Source: Candidatus Eiseniibacteriota bacterium (lineage in GTDB: Bacteria > Eisenbacteria > RBG-16-71-46). From it: a stretch of DNA of 64,000 nt. The translations under genes and the position numbers were made by a program. The stretch covers positions 544,001 through 608,000 of the forward strand of contig CAVZLN010000003.1 of the NCBI GenBank assembly GCA_963776245.1. The letters run 5' to 3'. Positions 63,999 to 64,000 of the stretch are shown here, in pieces (the stretch's first letter is position 1; the number at the start of each line of letters is the position of its first letter). The notes beneath the pieces are model-generated. The model was given only the letters and a program-made list of their open reading frames with translations. It was not told the DNA's origin and did not search any database.

Positions 63999-64000
63999 CT

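Noticed and set aside
1..64000. Prophage, IS, integron, defence island, rRNA or tRNA genes
   Set aside because: No integrase, transposase, phage, nuclease or toxin motifs, no recognisable structural RNA genes and no marked compositional island

Overview
A very GC-rich (by eye >70%) chromosomal window from a diderm bacterium. It encodes OmpA, AsmA, a TonB-dependent receptor, a porin and SurA. Gene style and content would fit an FCB-related candidate lineage such as Ca. Eisenbacteria, but that is inference only. About 50 densely packed CDS, in order: MoxR/APC permease/DUF58/BatA-vWA cluster; TSP3-OmpA; mfd; two parvulin PPIases flanking a PDZ-LytS/LytTR two-component pair; ftsE-ftsX-envC-like; holB-ricT(PSP1)-sod-ridA-metG-tatD-HEAT-rsmA; an OmpR-type pair; a Cys/His/Met-rich exported protein; two apparently degenerate carbohydrate enzymes; AsmA; eda plus a beta-barrel; a second OmpA; M20 hydrolase plus TPR-aspartyl protease; ogt; thiL; MFS; a heterodimeric M16B peptidase; an ArfB-like factor; and a phosphate locus (TBDR, two hypotheticals, porin, pstS x2, pstCAB, phoU). 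I found no rRNA, tRNA, CRISPR array or transposase. The main observations are: (1) a recurrent TANNNT -10 box 6-8 nt before SD-less start codons, suggesting leaderless expression; (2) LytTR-type 21-22-bp-period boxes upstream of the PDZ sensor kinase and the M16 operon; (3) an 11-bp-period Pho-box-like array and a small FGSW-repeat protein upstream of the pst operon; (4) a 27-nt element shared between a long intergenic hairpin and a tandem repeat 22 kb away; (5) two single-base frameshifts that are probably read errors. All product calls come from motif recognition by eye; no database was searched.
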